A DNA stretch of 64,000 nucleotides from Pirellulales bacterium. GTDB taxonomy: Bacteria; Planctomycetota; Planctomycetia; Pirellulales; JBFWUW01. The position numbers and the translations under genes are program-made. How positions within the stretch are numbered: the first letter of the stretch is position 1; each line of letters opens with the position of its first letter. This document shows positions 7,961-16,825 of the stretch, in pieces. The stretch lies in contig JBFWUW010000029.1 in the NCBI GenBank assembly GCA_050247075.1, forward strand, positions 9,198 through 73,197, in the 5' to 3' direction. Below the pieces are notes generated by a model. It made no database searches. It was not told where the DNA came from and saw only the letters and a list, made by a program, of their open reading frames with translations.

Positions 7961-9343
7961 TCACGGAGTGGCAGCCACGGGCGGGCCTGGTTCCACGGGA
8001 ACTGGCGACAGGGTCTTTAGCAACGTGCCGGAGGGGATTTCATAAAACAGTACCTGGCCCCCCTTGGTGCCGACAGCCAGCCGAATTCCGGCCGCATCAA
8101 GGGCAACCGCATAGGCAGGCGCGGGGATTTGGGCCACCAGGGCCAGCCGCTGCCGGTCGGCCATTTGATAGATGCGGACGTCGCCGGCGGCACCAGCCAC
8201 GGCCAGCCGTTGGCGGTCGCCGCTGGCTGCCAGGTCTAGTATCTCGCCCGCCTGGCCTTCAAAGGGGCGCACGTACTGGTCGCGGCGATTGACGGGCTGC
8301 GCGCCGTTGCCGCTGCCGGAAACTTGCACGCCTTCCAGGGCGATCTTGAATTCAAAGCCTGTAAGCGTCCGCGCGCGGCCTGCCGAAACCGCCATCAGTT
8401 CGCTGGCGGCCACTGCATTTACAAAGTCGGGCGATGCGTCAACAGCCCGCAACAAGGCCCCGGTAGCGGCGGAACTGACCTTGGTGGCTTTGTCTCGCCC
8501 GCCGGAGACCAGCATCTGGCCGTCGGGCGTGTAGGCCACATCCATCACCCAATCGCTGTGCAGTTCGAAACGACGTGGCTCGGCATTGCCATCGACCGGT
8601 ACGATATGCACGGCTCCGTCGGGCCCGCCAATGGCGATCTCTTGGCCATTGGGGTTAAAGCCGCCGCGGAACAACGTATCGGCACCAATCCGCCAGGTGG
8701 AGACCAGGCTGCCATCGGCCACCTTGAAAAACCGCACCTCGCCGTAACGGCCGGGCGCACCACCGCCGACCGCCAAAAGGGTGCCGTCGGGGCTGAACTC
8801 GACCAGAGGTAACAGTTCGCTCTCGGTCGGCAGCCGGCGCGGGGGCGTTTCCCCCTCCACATCCAAGATGACGGCCTCGCTGCCACAAGCGGCGGCGGCC
8901 CATTTCCCGTCCGGCGAAAGCGAAACGCCCGTCACGGCCGGAGCGTATTTATAGACTACGGGGATTTGCACCGCTAGCTCGGCCGCGCCGGGTGGCGAGT
9001 CGTCGATAGCTCCCAATTCGATCCAGCGCCGCAGCAACTCGACCTTTTCGACCGACAACCGCGGCTGGTTCTTGGGCATGGCCGGGGGCTCGCCCAGAAC
9101 CATTTCCATTAACAGGCTTTCGGCCGGCTTGCCCGGCACGAACAACGGCCCGGAATCTCCCCCGCGCGTCACATCGGCAAAGGCATCTAACTTCAGCCCT
9201 CCCTGCGAATCACCCGCCGAATGGCAGCCCCAACAGTGCCGCTTGAGAATCGGCCAGACATGCTGGCGATAACTAACAACGTCCTCCGCCAACACAGACG
9301 TAACAGCGAGGAGGAGAGCGGAAGTAAGGGCGAGACGAAACAT
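7961..9343 (-). CDS. Planctomycete cytochrome-C-domain (PSCyt1) protein with WD40/beta-propeller repeats
   Basis: Signal peptide MFRLALTSALLLAVTSVLA. WPILKRHCWGCHSAGDSQGGLKLD is the PSCyt1 CxxCH motif. The rest shows repeated SPDG../..GG.DG.V beta-propeller-like units. Confidence 0.8.
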   Translation of the reverse strand: MFRLALTSALLLAVTSVLAEDVVSYRQHVWPILKRHCWGCHSAGDSQGGLKLDAFADVTRGGDSGPLFVPGKPAESLLMEMVLGEPPAMPKNQPRLSVEKVELLRRWIELGAIDDSPPGAAELAVQIPVVYKYAPAVTGVSLSPDGKWAAAACGSEAVILDVEGETPPRRLPTESELLPLVEFSPDGTLLAVGGGAPGRYGEVRFFKVADGSLVSTWRIGADTLFRGGFNPNGQEIAIGGPDGAVHIVPVDGNAEPRRFELHSDWVMDVAYTPDGQMLVSGGRDKATKVSSAATGALLRAVDASPDFVNAVAASELMAVSAGRARTLTGFEFKIALEGVQVSGSGNGAQPVNRRDQYVRPFEGQAGEILDLAASGDRQRLAVAGAAGDVRIYQMADRQRLALVAQIPAPAYAVALDAAGIRLAVGTKGGQVLFYEIPSGTLLKTLSPVPVEPGPPVAATP

Positions 9344-9383
9344 GAAGCAAGGGATGAGGTAGGGGTATGGAAAAGCGGTCAGC

Positions 9384-9440
9384 GGAGAAACCGTCAGCCA
9401 TCAGATGGGAGCCAAAAGCTGATGGCTGTCAGATTTCTCC
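9384..9440. other. Imperfect long inverted repeat between two minus-strand genes
   Basis: ggagaaaccgtcagccatcag ... ctgatggctgtcagatttctcc. A perfect 10-bp core CAGCCATCAG/CTGATGGCTG, with outer GGAGAAA/TTTCTCC also pairing. Confidence 0.5.
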
Positions 9441-9473
9441 GTTTCCACCCTTAACACCAATCACTAGAAACTC

Positions 9474-12008
9474 TCAATGCACTAACAAGAAGTCCTTACT
9501 ATTCAACAAGACCCACATCACATCTTGGGCCGCTTCCAAGCGTTGTTCGGGTTTGGATTGAAAGAATTGCAGGATGGCGGCCTTTTCCTCAGGGCTGGGA
9601 GAACGCACGACCGACCACAGGTAAAGCTGTTCGATCAAGGCTTCGTTGTCGACGTGCTGGTTGACCAGGGCCGTTACCCGTCCGGCTGGACTGGTTAGCT
9701 TGTTGGCGATGCCGGGGCTGTTGATTAAGTGCAGCGCTTGCAGCATATTCGAGCTGTCGTCGCGCTCGCACTCGCAGGCTTCCATCCGTTGCGGCTTGCC
9801 GAACAGGTTCAAAAAGTCGTTCTGCACGTCGGCGTCGGGCAGTTGCGAGGCCGTAAACCCAGCCGGCGCGTTGGCGAAGTTTTCGGCCACGCCGGTGGCC
9901 TGCGCCAGCGAGTCCAGCAGCGATTCGGCCGGCACGCGGCGCGGAAGGAACCGCGAAAAATTGGCGTCGTCGTGCGCGTTCGATGCGTTCGTCGTGCTGT
10001 CGCGTTGGTATGTCTGCGACGTCACAATCGTCCGCATTAGGTGGCGCAGGTCGAACTTGTGCGCCACAAAATCCTTCGTCAGCGCATCCAGCAGCGCCGG
10101 GTTGATCGCCGGGTTGGTCGTTCGCAAATCGTCCACCGGGTCGATAATTCCGCGATGGAAGAAGTAGCTCCAAAACCGGTTGACCATGCTCTTGGCGAAG
10201 AACGGATTTTCGGCCGCCGTCAGCCAGCGGGCGTAGTCTTGCCGGCGGTCCATGCCGCGCGGCAGTTCCGGTTCGATCCCGCCCAGATAACGTGGGGGCT
10301 GCGCTTGCCCGCGACGAGGGTTGGTTGAGTACCCCGCCGGCAAATTGAGCAGTACGCTCCTGGCGTTGGGAATGCCGATCAACCGCTGGTCGGCCTTGAC
10401 CGTGACCTGGTTGAAAAAGCTATGCAGGCCGTAATAGTCAGATTGTGTCCAGTTTTCAAATGGATGCGGGTGGCAGCGGGCGCACAACATCCGCACGCCG
10501 CAAAAGACCTGTGTAGCCCGTTGCAAGGTATCGTCGGCATCCTTGCTCATGGCGTAAAAGGCACTCGCCGGATCATCGGCCGCGCCGCCGCTCGCCGTGA
10601 GGATCGTCCGCGTGAATTCGTCCAGCGGCATGTTGGTGGCCACCGCCGTGCGGATCCACTCGCGAAAAGAGTAAACCGCCGGGTCGTTGAGGTTGGCCCG
10701 CGAGTTTTGCAGCAGGTCGCCCCATTTCAGCGACCAGCGATCGACAAATTCCGGGCGTTGAAACAGCCTCTCGGCAAGTTGGACTCGTTTGTCGGGGGCG
10801 GCATCGGCTAGAAAGGCCGCCAGTTCGTCGGGCTTGGGCTGCAAGCCGATCAAATCGAGGTAAACGCGACGCATAAAGCGGCCATCATCGACCAGGCCCG
10901 ACGGCGTAATCATCAGGTCGTTGAGTTTGCGAATGACATGAGCATCGATCAGATGCCCCTCTGGCACGGGCGCAGGGACAAAGTCGGGCCGTGGTTCCAA
11001 CACGATAAAGTTGGACGTGGCAAATATCCGCTCAAAACGGGCCACGACCGCCGTCTCGCCCAGTTCGAGCGTACTGACCAGGCCTTCATCATCGACGCTG
11101 GCCACGCGTTCGGTATTGGCGTTGAAAATGCCTAGTCGGGTCACGTCACGCTGGCTGCCGTCGCTGTAGTGGGCGATCAGTTGCAATTGATGCTGCTGGC
11201 CGGGACCGATAACGACCGACTCCGGGTAAATTCGCAGCGACTCTACATTCACGGGGTCGGCGCCGTCGCTGGGCGCACCATCGGCCACCCAGCCCAGCAG
11301 CAGTTGGTGCGACAAGCTGCCGCGGTCGAAGCGGATACCCCCTTTGTGCGGCACGTCCCCCAGCGGTTTGGCCAGCAAGAGGCTGGCCGCCGCATTGTTG
11401 CGATTGATCCGCCGTTCAAGGAATTCGTCGGAAAGTGAAAGAAAGTCGGCTGCGGCGTCGGCCCCGCGCAGCGAGAGCTTAAAGCCGTTCTTGCCCAGCG
11501 AATAGCCGTGGCAAGCCCCCATGTTGCAGCCTCCCTTGGAGAGCGCAGGCATCACATCGTGCTTAAAGCTATGCGGCGGAGCTTGCTCGGGCAGGGCCAC
11601 TTGCACCTGGACCGTGGCGGTTTGGCCGGCGGCGGAAATGGCAATCTCGACCGTGCCGTTGCCGACCGCTTCGACCCAGCCGAGCGACGACACCGTGGCC
11701 ACCGCCGGATTGCCGCTGACGTAGGTCGCCTGGGAGGACAGGTCAACGGCCCGGCCGTCGGCGGTTTTCGCCGTCACCAAAATGGAGTGCGGCCGTCGGG
11801 GGTGGTTCAATGCCAATACCGCCGGTTGCACGGAGAGCGGGCCGGCAATCGCCGGCTGCGTTTCATCGGCAAAACCACGGGGTGAGGCCAGCCCGCAGAT
11901 GCCGGCCAACAGCAATAGGAAAGCCATCAGCCGCGCCGCGCTGTCATTTCGATGCATGAAAGCCATCTTTCGGTAGGCGGGAAACCTGAGTGAATCGAGG
12001 GTTGGCAT
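9474..12008 (-). CDS. DUF1549/DUF1553 (PSD1-type) protein with N-terminal Ig-like (Big_2) domain
   Basis: Big_2-like segment VSGNPAVATVSSLGWVEAVGNGTVEIAISAAGQTATVQV. DUF1549-like RRVYLDLIGLQPKPDELAAFLAD...RPEFVDRWSLKWGDLL. DUF1553-like CARCHPHPFENWTQSDYYGLHSFF. Confidence 0.85.
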   Translation of the reverse strand: MPTLDSLRFPAYRKMAFMHRNDSAARLMAFLLLLAGICGLASPRGFADETQPAIAGPLSVQPAVLALNHPRRPHSILVTAKTADGRAVDLSSQATYVSGNPAVATVSSLGWVEAVGNGTVEIAISAAGQTATVQVQVALPEQAPPHSFKHDVMPALSKGGCNMGACHGYSLGKNGFKLSLRGADAAADFLSLSDEFLERRINRNNAAASLLLAKPLGDVPHKGGIRFDRGSLSHQLLLGWVADGAPSDGADPVNVESLRIYPESVVIGPGQQHQLQLIAHYSDGSQRDVTRLGIFNANTERVASVDDEGLVSTLELGETAVVARFERIFATSNFIVLEPRPDFVPAPVPEGHLIDAHVIRKLNDLMITPSGLVDDGRFMRRVYLDLIGLQPKPDELAAFLADAAPDKRVQLAERLFQRPEFVDRWSLKWGDLLQNSRANLNDPAVYSFREWIRTAVATNMPLDEFTRTILTASGGAADDPASAFYAMSKDADDTLQRATQVFCGVRMLCARCHPHPFENWTQSDYYGLHSFFNQVTVKADQRLIGIPNARSVLLNLPAGYSTNPRRGQAQPPRYLGGIEPELPRGMDRRQDYARWLTAAENPFFAKSMVNRFWSYFFHRGIIDPVDDLRTTNPAINPALLDALTKDFVAHKFDLRHLMRTIVTSQTYQRDSTTNASNAHDDANFSRFLPRRVPAESLLDSLAQATGVAENFANAPAGFTASQLPDADVQNDFLNLFGKPQRMEACECERDDSSNMLQALHLINSPGIANKLTSPAGRVTALVNQHVDNEALIEQLYLWSVVRSPSPEEKAAILQFFQSKPEQRLEAAQDVMWVLLNSKDFLLVH

Positions 12009-12024
12009 GGCGATGGCACCTTAT

Positions 12025-14610
12025 TTATTTGTCCGCCACCGCTTCCGGCGGCAGCAACTCCAAATGTAAGGTAATCGCCTCGCTGCGTGTTTCCAAAGGT
12101 TGCGCCGCGTCGTAGCGGCCGGTGGCAAAGAGTTGCACGTTGGCCAAGGGTGCAGGTGCGAAGTTGGCGGGAAAGGTGACTGTTAGTTCGTAGTCGGTCT
12201 GCATGGCGTTGAGAGCGGCCCGCGGCACGGCAATGCCAGGGGGCAAGCCTTGCAGGGTGACAGCGATGTCGCCCGTTATCCCTTCCAGCCGTTCGACTTT
12301 GCCGGCCAGTTTGAAGGTGGCACCGGCGGCGGGGTCGAGCCGGGCCGACAGTTCCGCGGGACCGGCCAGGGTGAGGTGGATGGGATTCACAACGGACAGG
12401 GCATGCGCCGGCGTGCAGACCGTGAGCAGCACGCGTTGGCGGTCGCGGCTGAGCAACTCGGCCCGCCAGGCGACTTGCACTTGGGCCGAGGCGAACTCCG
12501 CCGGCACGAACATGCCATACGACAAATCATTCTTGGCGTTAGTAGCGGCCATGGTAGCAGTTTCCAACGCGGCAGCAACTTTGCTGGTCGCGTCAGTCAC
12601 GCGCAGGTCGGCATCGGCCTTGGCCTTGGTGGCGGCTTCCAGCACGGGACCGCCGGCCGTTTGGGCGTCGGCCACGGCTTTATCGGCTGCTGCCTGGGCC
12701 GTTTGGGCATCGGCCAAGACTTTATCCGCAGCCAGTTTGGCATCCCAAGCCGCTACGGCCGCGCCATCGGAGGGAATCTCCACGGTGGGGGCGTTGGCTT
12801 CGTGCCGCAACGTACGGTTGACGTCGATCAGGCTGTTTACACGCGGCGGGTTCTGGCTGGTCAACATCGTCAGCCGCACTGGTCCGTCGAAGCCAACGGG
12901 GCGGACGCAGGTCACCGGCACGGCGAGTTTTTTGCCTAGCACGAACTTCGTATCCGCGGCGGGCTGCCAATCGGCGCTAAAGGCGATTCCATCGCGCGAG
13001 GCGAGGGAGACCAACATCTGCTCGGCCAGCCACGGTTGAAATGCATCGACGGCGTCCCCTTCGCGCCGGGCCACGCGCACCAGCGGCTGCCGAGGATCGG
13101 CCATGGCCATGCCGCGAACTTTGATCTGCGCCTGGCCCAGTCCCTCGGCCGCGCCGCTGAATGTCACCAGCTTGCCGTCAGCGCCAGCCGGAATTTCGTG
13201 GGAATCGGCCGTTACGCCTGCTGGTAACGACCCAAAGTCGAGCAGAATCGGGCCGGTGTAACCCTGCCGCTGCACGCGCATTTGAACAACGAGCCGCCCA
13301 TCTTGCGGCACGTTGTAGCGGTCTTGCTCCACAAACAGTTGGAAATCGCCACGAGACGGCTCCACCGCGGGCTGCGTAATCAGCAGACGATAGACGCAGT
13401 CGGGTTCGCCGCGGCCCAGGGCATCTTTCACCACGACGGTCAAGGCGTCAACATCGGCAGGCACTTCAAAGTCTAAGGCCGAGTCGGCGGTTTGGGGAAT
13501 GTCATCATTGGCGGCCAGCACCGCGCCGTTGTCGCGGCGAAGTTCCAGCACGCTATCCAGCGGCGAGTCAAGCCGCGCGGCAAAAATCTCTAACCGCAGT
13601 TTGTCGCCGCGAGCGACCCGCAAGCGATACTGGTCTATTTCACCCTCCGCCATGATGCGGCCGCTGACCGCCACGGGAAACGCCGGCAGGTCTTGCGGCA
13701 CGGCCCCCAGCGGTTGCTCGACCACTTCCGGCAAATCGCTAACGATCACACTCGGCGCCGGGCCGCTAGCGGCAACCGCGTTAAGCCAAGGAGCCGGCAC
13801 GGACGAACCGTCTCCTGCTGGCACAAGCGTCACTGGCCGGCCCGCCGCCGCATTGCCGACCAACGACAAAGCCGCTGTCGCCCCGCGTGGTATCGCCGGT
13901 GGAAAGACCGCATCGGCATATTGCCACTGGCCCAGCTTCAAACGGAAGAAGTTGGGGCCGGGTGGGCCGAACTGCAAATCGTGCAGCGTCAGCGTGTACT
14001 CGCCATCGGCGGGCAGCGTGGCCGACAGTCGGGTATCGCCCCGCAACGACTGTTGCGGCAGAGACCAAGCTAGATGCTTGCCCGCGGGATCATACAAGTG
14101 GAGCACCGGCCGAACCTTGCCCCCCAGGCGTTGCGATTCTACTTCGCACATCAACGGCTGGCTGGCGGTACCGGCAAAGGTCGTCTTTAGCGTGGTGCTG
14201 CCATTTAGCGTGCCATGCAGGGCCATCGGCAGGGATTCGGCCTTGTCCGCAAAGGGCCGCTGCGGAAGATGATCGGCCGCGACCACGGTCCGCTCTGAAA
14301 TGCCGCCCGCATGCGCCAGGTACATTCCGTACAGGCCGGGAACAATGTCGGCCGGCAGGACAATCTCTATCTCCACGCGGTTGGCCGTTGCGCCGGGCAT
14401 CACTGTCTGCGAGGTGACCGGCACCGGCAGCATGACTTTCGGTTCGGGCAGCAGATCCAGCCCGTCGAAAACTAACTTCGTCGTACCACCGATTTGCAAC
14501 CCCCGAAGATTGACATTCCGCACGGCGGGCGCAGCCGCCAGAGCAGGCGACGACAAGCAAACAGCCAGCAACGCCAACAGCAACCGTCTGTCGATCGAAA
14601 GACAAGGCAT
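12025..14610 (-). CDS. Large secreted protein with PPC (pre-peptidase C-terminal)-like beta domains and an Ala-rich helical segment; function unknown
   Basis: Signal peptide MPCLSIDRRLLLALLAVCLSSPALAAAP from ATG 14610. DQYRLRVARGDKLRLEIFAARLDSPLDSVLELRRDNGAVLAANDD resembles PPC domains. Ala-rich stretch AAWDAKLAADKVLADAQTAQAAADKAVADAQ. It lies 16 nt from the DUF1549/1553 gene. Confidence 0.7.
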   Translation of the reverse strand: MPCLSIDRRLLLALLAVCLSSPALAAAPAVRNVNLRGLQIGGTTKLVFDGLDLLPEPKVMLPVPVTSQTVMPGATANRVEIEIVLPADIVPGLYGMYLAHAGGISERTVVAADHLPQRPFADKAESLPMALHGTLNGSTTLKTTFAGTASQPLMCEVESQRLGGKVRPVLHLYDPAGKHLAWSLPQQSLRGDTRLSATLPADGEYTLTLHDLQFGPPGPNFFRLKLGQWQYADAVFPPAIPRGATAALSLVGNAAAGRPVTLVPAGDGSSVPAPWLNAVAASGPAPSVIVSDLPEVVEQPLGAVPQDLPAFPVAVSGRIMAEGEIDQYRLRVARGDKLRLEIFAARLDSPLDSVLELRRDNGAVLAANDDIPQTADSALDFEVPADVDALTVVVKDALGRGEPDCVYRLLITQPAVEPSRGDFQLFVEQDRYNVPQDGRLVVQMRVQRQGYTGPILLDFGSLPAGVTADSHEIPAGADGKLVTFSGAAEGLGQAQIKVRGMAMADPRQPLVRVARREGDAVDAFQPWLAEQMLVSLASRDGIAFSADWQPAADTKFVLGKKLAVPVTCVRPVGFDGPVRLTMLTSQNPPRVNSLIDVNRTLRHEANAPTVEIPSDGAAVAAWDAKLAADKVLADAQTAQAAADKAVADAQTAGGPVLEAATKAKADADLRVTDATSKVAAALETATMAATNAKNDLSYGMFVPAEFASAQVQVAWRAELLSRDRQRVLLTVCTPAHALSVVNPIHLTLAGPAELSARLDPAAGATFKLAGKVERLEGITGDIAVTLQGLPPGIAVPRAALNAMQTDYELTVTFPANFAPAPLANVQLFATGRYDAAQPLETRSEAITLHLELLPPEAVADK

Positions 14611-14683
14611 GACACACAATCCACAAGGCGGGACGAACTGGCAGGCTAAATCGAAGATCAGCGAAGCAAAGGACCAACTCGTC

Positions 14684-16060
14684 CTAAAACAATTCGCGGA
14701 TCGGCTCGGCTTCGATGAATCGAATCGGACGGCCGCCGGGACCGGGCATCATGGTTGTTTCCAGGTCGATCCCCATGCCGTGATAGATCGAGGCCAGCAT
14801 CCGCGGGGGCTCGATCGGGTTGTCGTGCGGGGCCGCCCCAATTTTGTCGGTCGAACCAATCACCTGGCCGCCGCGGACATTGCCCCCGCATAGGAAATTC
14901 GTCCACGCCGGCGGGTAATGGTCGCGACCGCCGCGGGGGTTGAGCTTGGGTGTCCGGCCCATTTCGCTCAGCACCGCCACCACCGTTTCGCCCAACAGCC
15001 CGCGTTGTTCCAAATCTTGAATCAGGCCGGTAAACGCCTGGTCAAACTGCGGGCACAAGTGCCGCTCGTAGTCGAGATAGGTATTGTTCAGGCCGCCGCC
15101 GTCGGCGTGCATGTCCCAACAGGTCTGGCTGAAAACCGTGTCGAAATGGTTGACGGTCACACAGCGCGTACCCGCCTCGATTAGGCGGCGAGCCATCAGG
15201 CAGCTTTGGCCAAACGTGTTGCGGCCGTAGCGGTCGCGCACGGTGTCGGGCTCGTGCGATAGCTCAAAGGCCATCTTGGTCGTGGGCGACGTCAACAAGT
15301 TGAACGCCCGCGCGTAGGAAGAGTCCAAATCTTGCGTCGATTTCGATTCCTCGCGCCGCTGTAGTTTGTCAATCTGCGACAGCAACTCGCGCCGCGCGCT
15401 GACGCGGGCTTCAACCGTGCCTGCGGGTGGAGTCAGATCGGCTACCTTGAAATCAGCGCTGGCCGGGTCGGCACCCAGAAAGAAGGGTTCGTGGGCGCTC
15501 CCCAAAAACGAGGCTGTCTGTCCGTGCAAGGGGCCGGCCCCCGTATTGCCGATCTTGCCGGGCAAGATAATCGAGGCTGGCAAATCGCCGCGCGGTCCGA
15601 ATACGCGTGAGACGACCGAACCGCTATGCGGCTGAATATTGTTGGGGCTGAAATCCTGCCCGGTCATCATCCACCGCTGGCCGTTCTCGTGCGAGGCACC
15701 GCTATTGTGGTGCAGGCTGCGGACCAGCGCCACCTTGTCCATCATCCTGGCCATCTGCGGGAAATGCTCGCAAATTTGCACGCCGGGCACGTTGGTTTCG
15801 ATCGGTTTGAACTTGCCGCGCACGTCGTCCGGTGCGTCGGGCTTCATGTCCCAGGTGTCCAAATGCCCGGGCGATCCGACTAGAAAAATGGTGATGCAGT
15901 TGCGAATGCGGGCTTGCGAGAAATCGACCGCTCCGGCCGATTGCAGCCGTAGCAACGAAGGCAGGCTTAACCCCGCCAAACCCGCCGCTCCCGCCGTGAG
16001 AAAGCCGCGGCGCGAGACGCCGCCGCACGCGGGAATTCTTTCGTGGCCGATATGCAGCAT
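14684..16060 (-). CDS. DUF1501 (sulfatase-fold) protein with twin-arginine signal
   Basis: SRRGFLTAGAAGLAGLSLPSLL is a Tat-like leader. ITIFLVGSPGHLDTWDMKPD, GRTPKLN..GGRDHYP and similar blocks are typical of DUF1501. Confidence 0.85.
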   Translation of the reverse strand: MLHIGHERIPACGGVSRRGFLTAGAAGLAGLSLPSLLRLQSAGAVDFSQARIRNCITIFLVGSPGHLDTWDMKPDAPDDVRGKFKPIETNVPGVQICEHFPQMARMMDKVALVRSLHHNSGASHENGQRWMMTGQDFSPNNIQPHSGSVVSRVFGPRGDLPASIILPGKIGNTGAGPLHGQTASFLGSAHEPFFLGADPASADFKVADLTPPAGTVEARVSARRELLSQIDKLQRREESKSTQDLDSSYARAFNLLTSPTTKMAFELSHEPDTVRDRYGRNTFGQSCLMARRLIEAGTRCVTVNHFDTVFSQTCWDMHADGGGLNNTYLDYERHLCPQFDQAFTGLIQDLEQRGLLGETVVAVLSEMGRTPKLNPRGGRDHYPPAWTNFLCGGNVRGGQVIGSTDKIGAAPHDNPIEPPRMLASIYHGMGIDLETTMMPGPGGRPIRFIEAEPIRELF

Positions 16061-16079
16061 GTCCCTGGGCTCCTCGCCG

Positions 16080-16385
16080 TTAGATCTGGTACGTCACCAC
16101 GTTCGAGATATCGACAAACTTGCTCTCCGTGAATTCGCCCTCGGCATTCTTGGCGTAGTTCACATATTTCCACAACTGCAGCACCGCTTCGTACGCGCCG
16201 GGTGTCGTGTCGGCGTGTTCGTAGGCCGTCTCCATGCGGGCCAGCGGCGTGGCGATTATTTGCCCGTCGCGTTTGATCTGCCATTGCAGCCGCGAGCCCC
16301 AATCGTGCGCGACTTCTCCGCGGATCAGGCGGCGGCCCTCCAGGCGAATCTCGGCCTGGGGGGTTCCTTCAAACTTTTGTTCCAT
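16080..16385 (-). CDS. Small hypothetical protein, first gene of the DUF1501 operon
   Basis: About 100 aa with protein-like composition (WKYVNYAKNAEGEFTESKFVDISNVVTYQI). It ends 19 nt before the DUF1501 start. ATG 16385 is preferred over TTG 16403. Confidence 0.5.
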   Translation of the reverse strand: MEQKFEGTPQAEIRLEGRRLIRGEVAHDWGSRLQWQIKRDGQIIATPLARMETAYEHADTTPGAYEAVLQLWKYVNYAKNAEGEFTESKFVDISNVVTYQI

Positions 16386-16662
16386 GGCAACAAGGCTCCC
16401 CAAGGCGAGCGAGGGTAGGCAAAACTAGGGCGGGAAAAAACGGCGGGCAACCCATCCATCAATGGCCGCCGATTATAAGCGATGTTGATGGAACAAGCAC
16501 TATAGTTTTCTGACAAAATGTCCGTTTCGGCCGGCCACCTCGTTCAACGATCGCCGACCAGGGTTGTCCGCCGAGGTCGCGCGAATTGTCTGGGCGAACC
16601 ACAATTGGGCGAGGAGGCTCTCGAACACTGCGGCCGGGCAGTGGCTTTTCGGCCAATTTTAT

Positions 16663-16692
16663 TTGACAATCGCAACCTTCCACCGATAGAGT
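16663..16692 (+). promoter_or_regulatory. Candidate sigma-70-type promoter for the pilM-N fusion gene
   Basis: TTGACA (16663-16668), 18-nt spacer, TAGAGT (16687-16692), about 130 nt upstream of ATG 16826 in a divergent intergenic region. Planctomycete promoter rules are poorly known. Confidence 0.3.
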
Positions 16693-16825
16693 AAACGGTG
16701 GAGAAGGCTCCCCGCCTGCACGTCCGCGGCCCCTGTTTTTCTGGCCCACGGCGGGGATTTTAGTCGGTCGGCCGGACGCTAACGGCGTCCGCAATCTGTA
16801 CGGAATTAAGAGGAAAGCAATCGCT

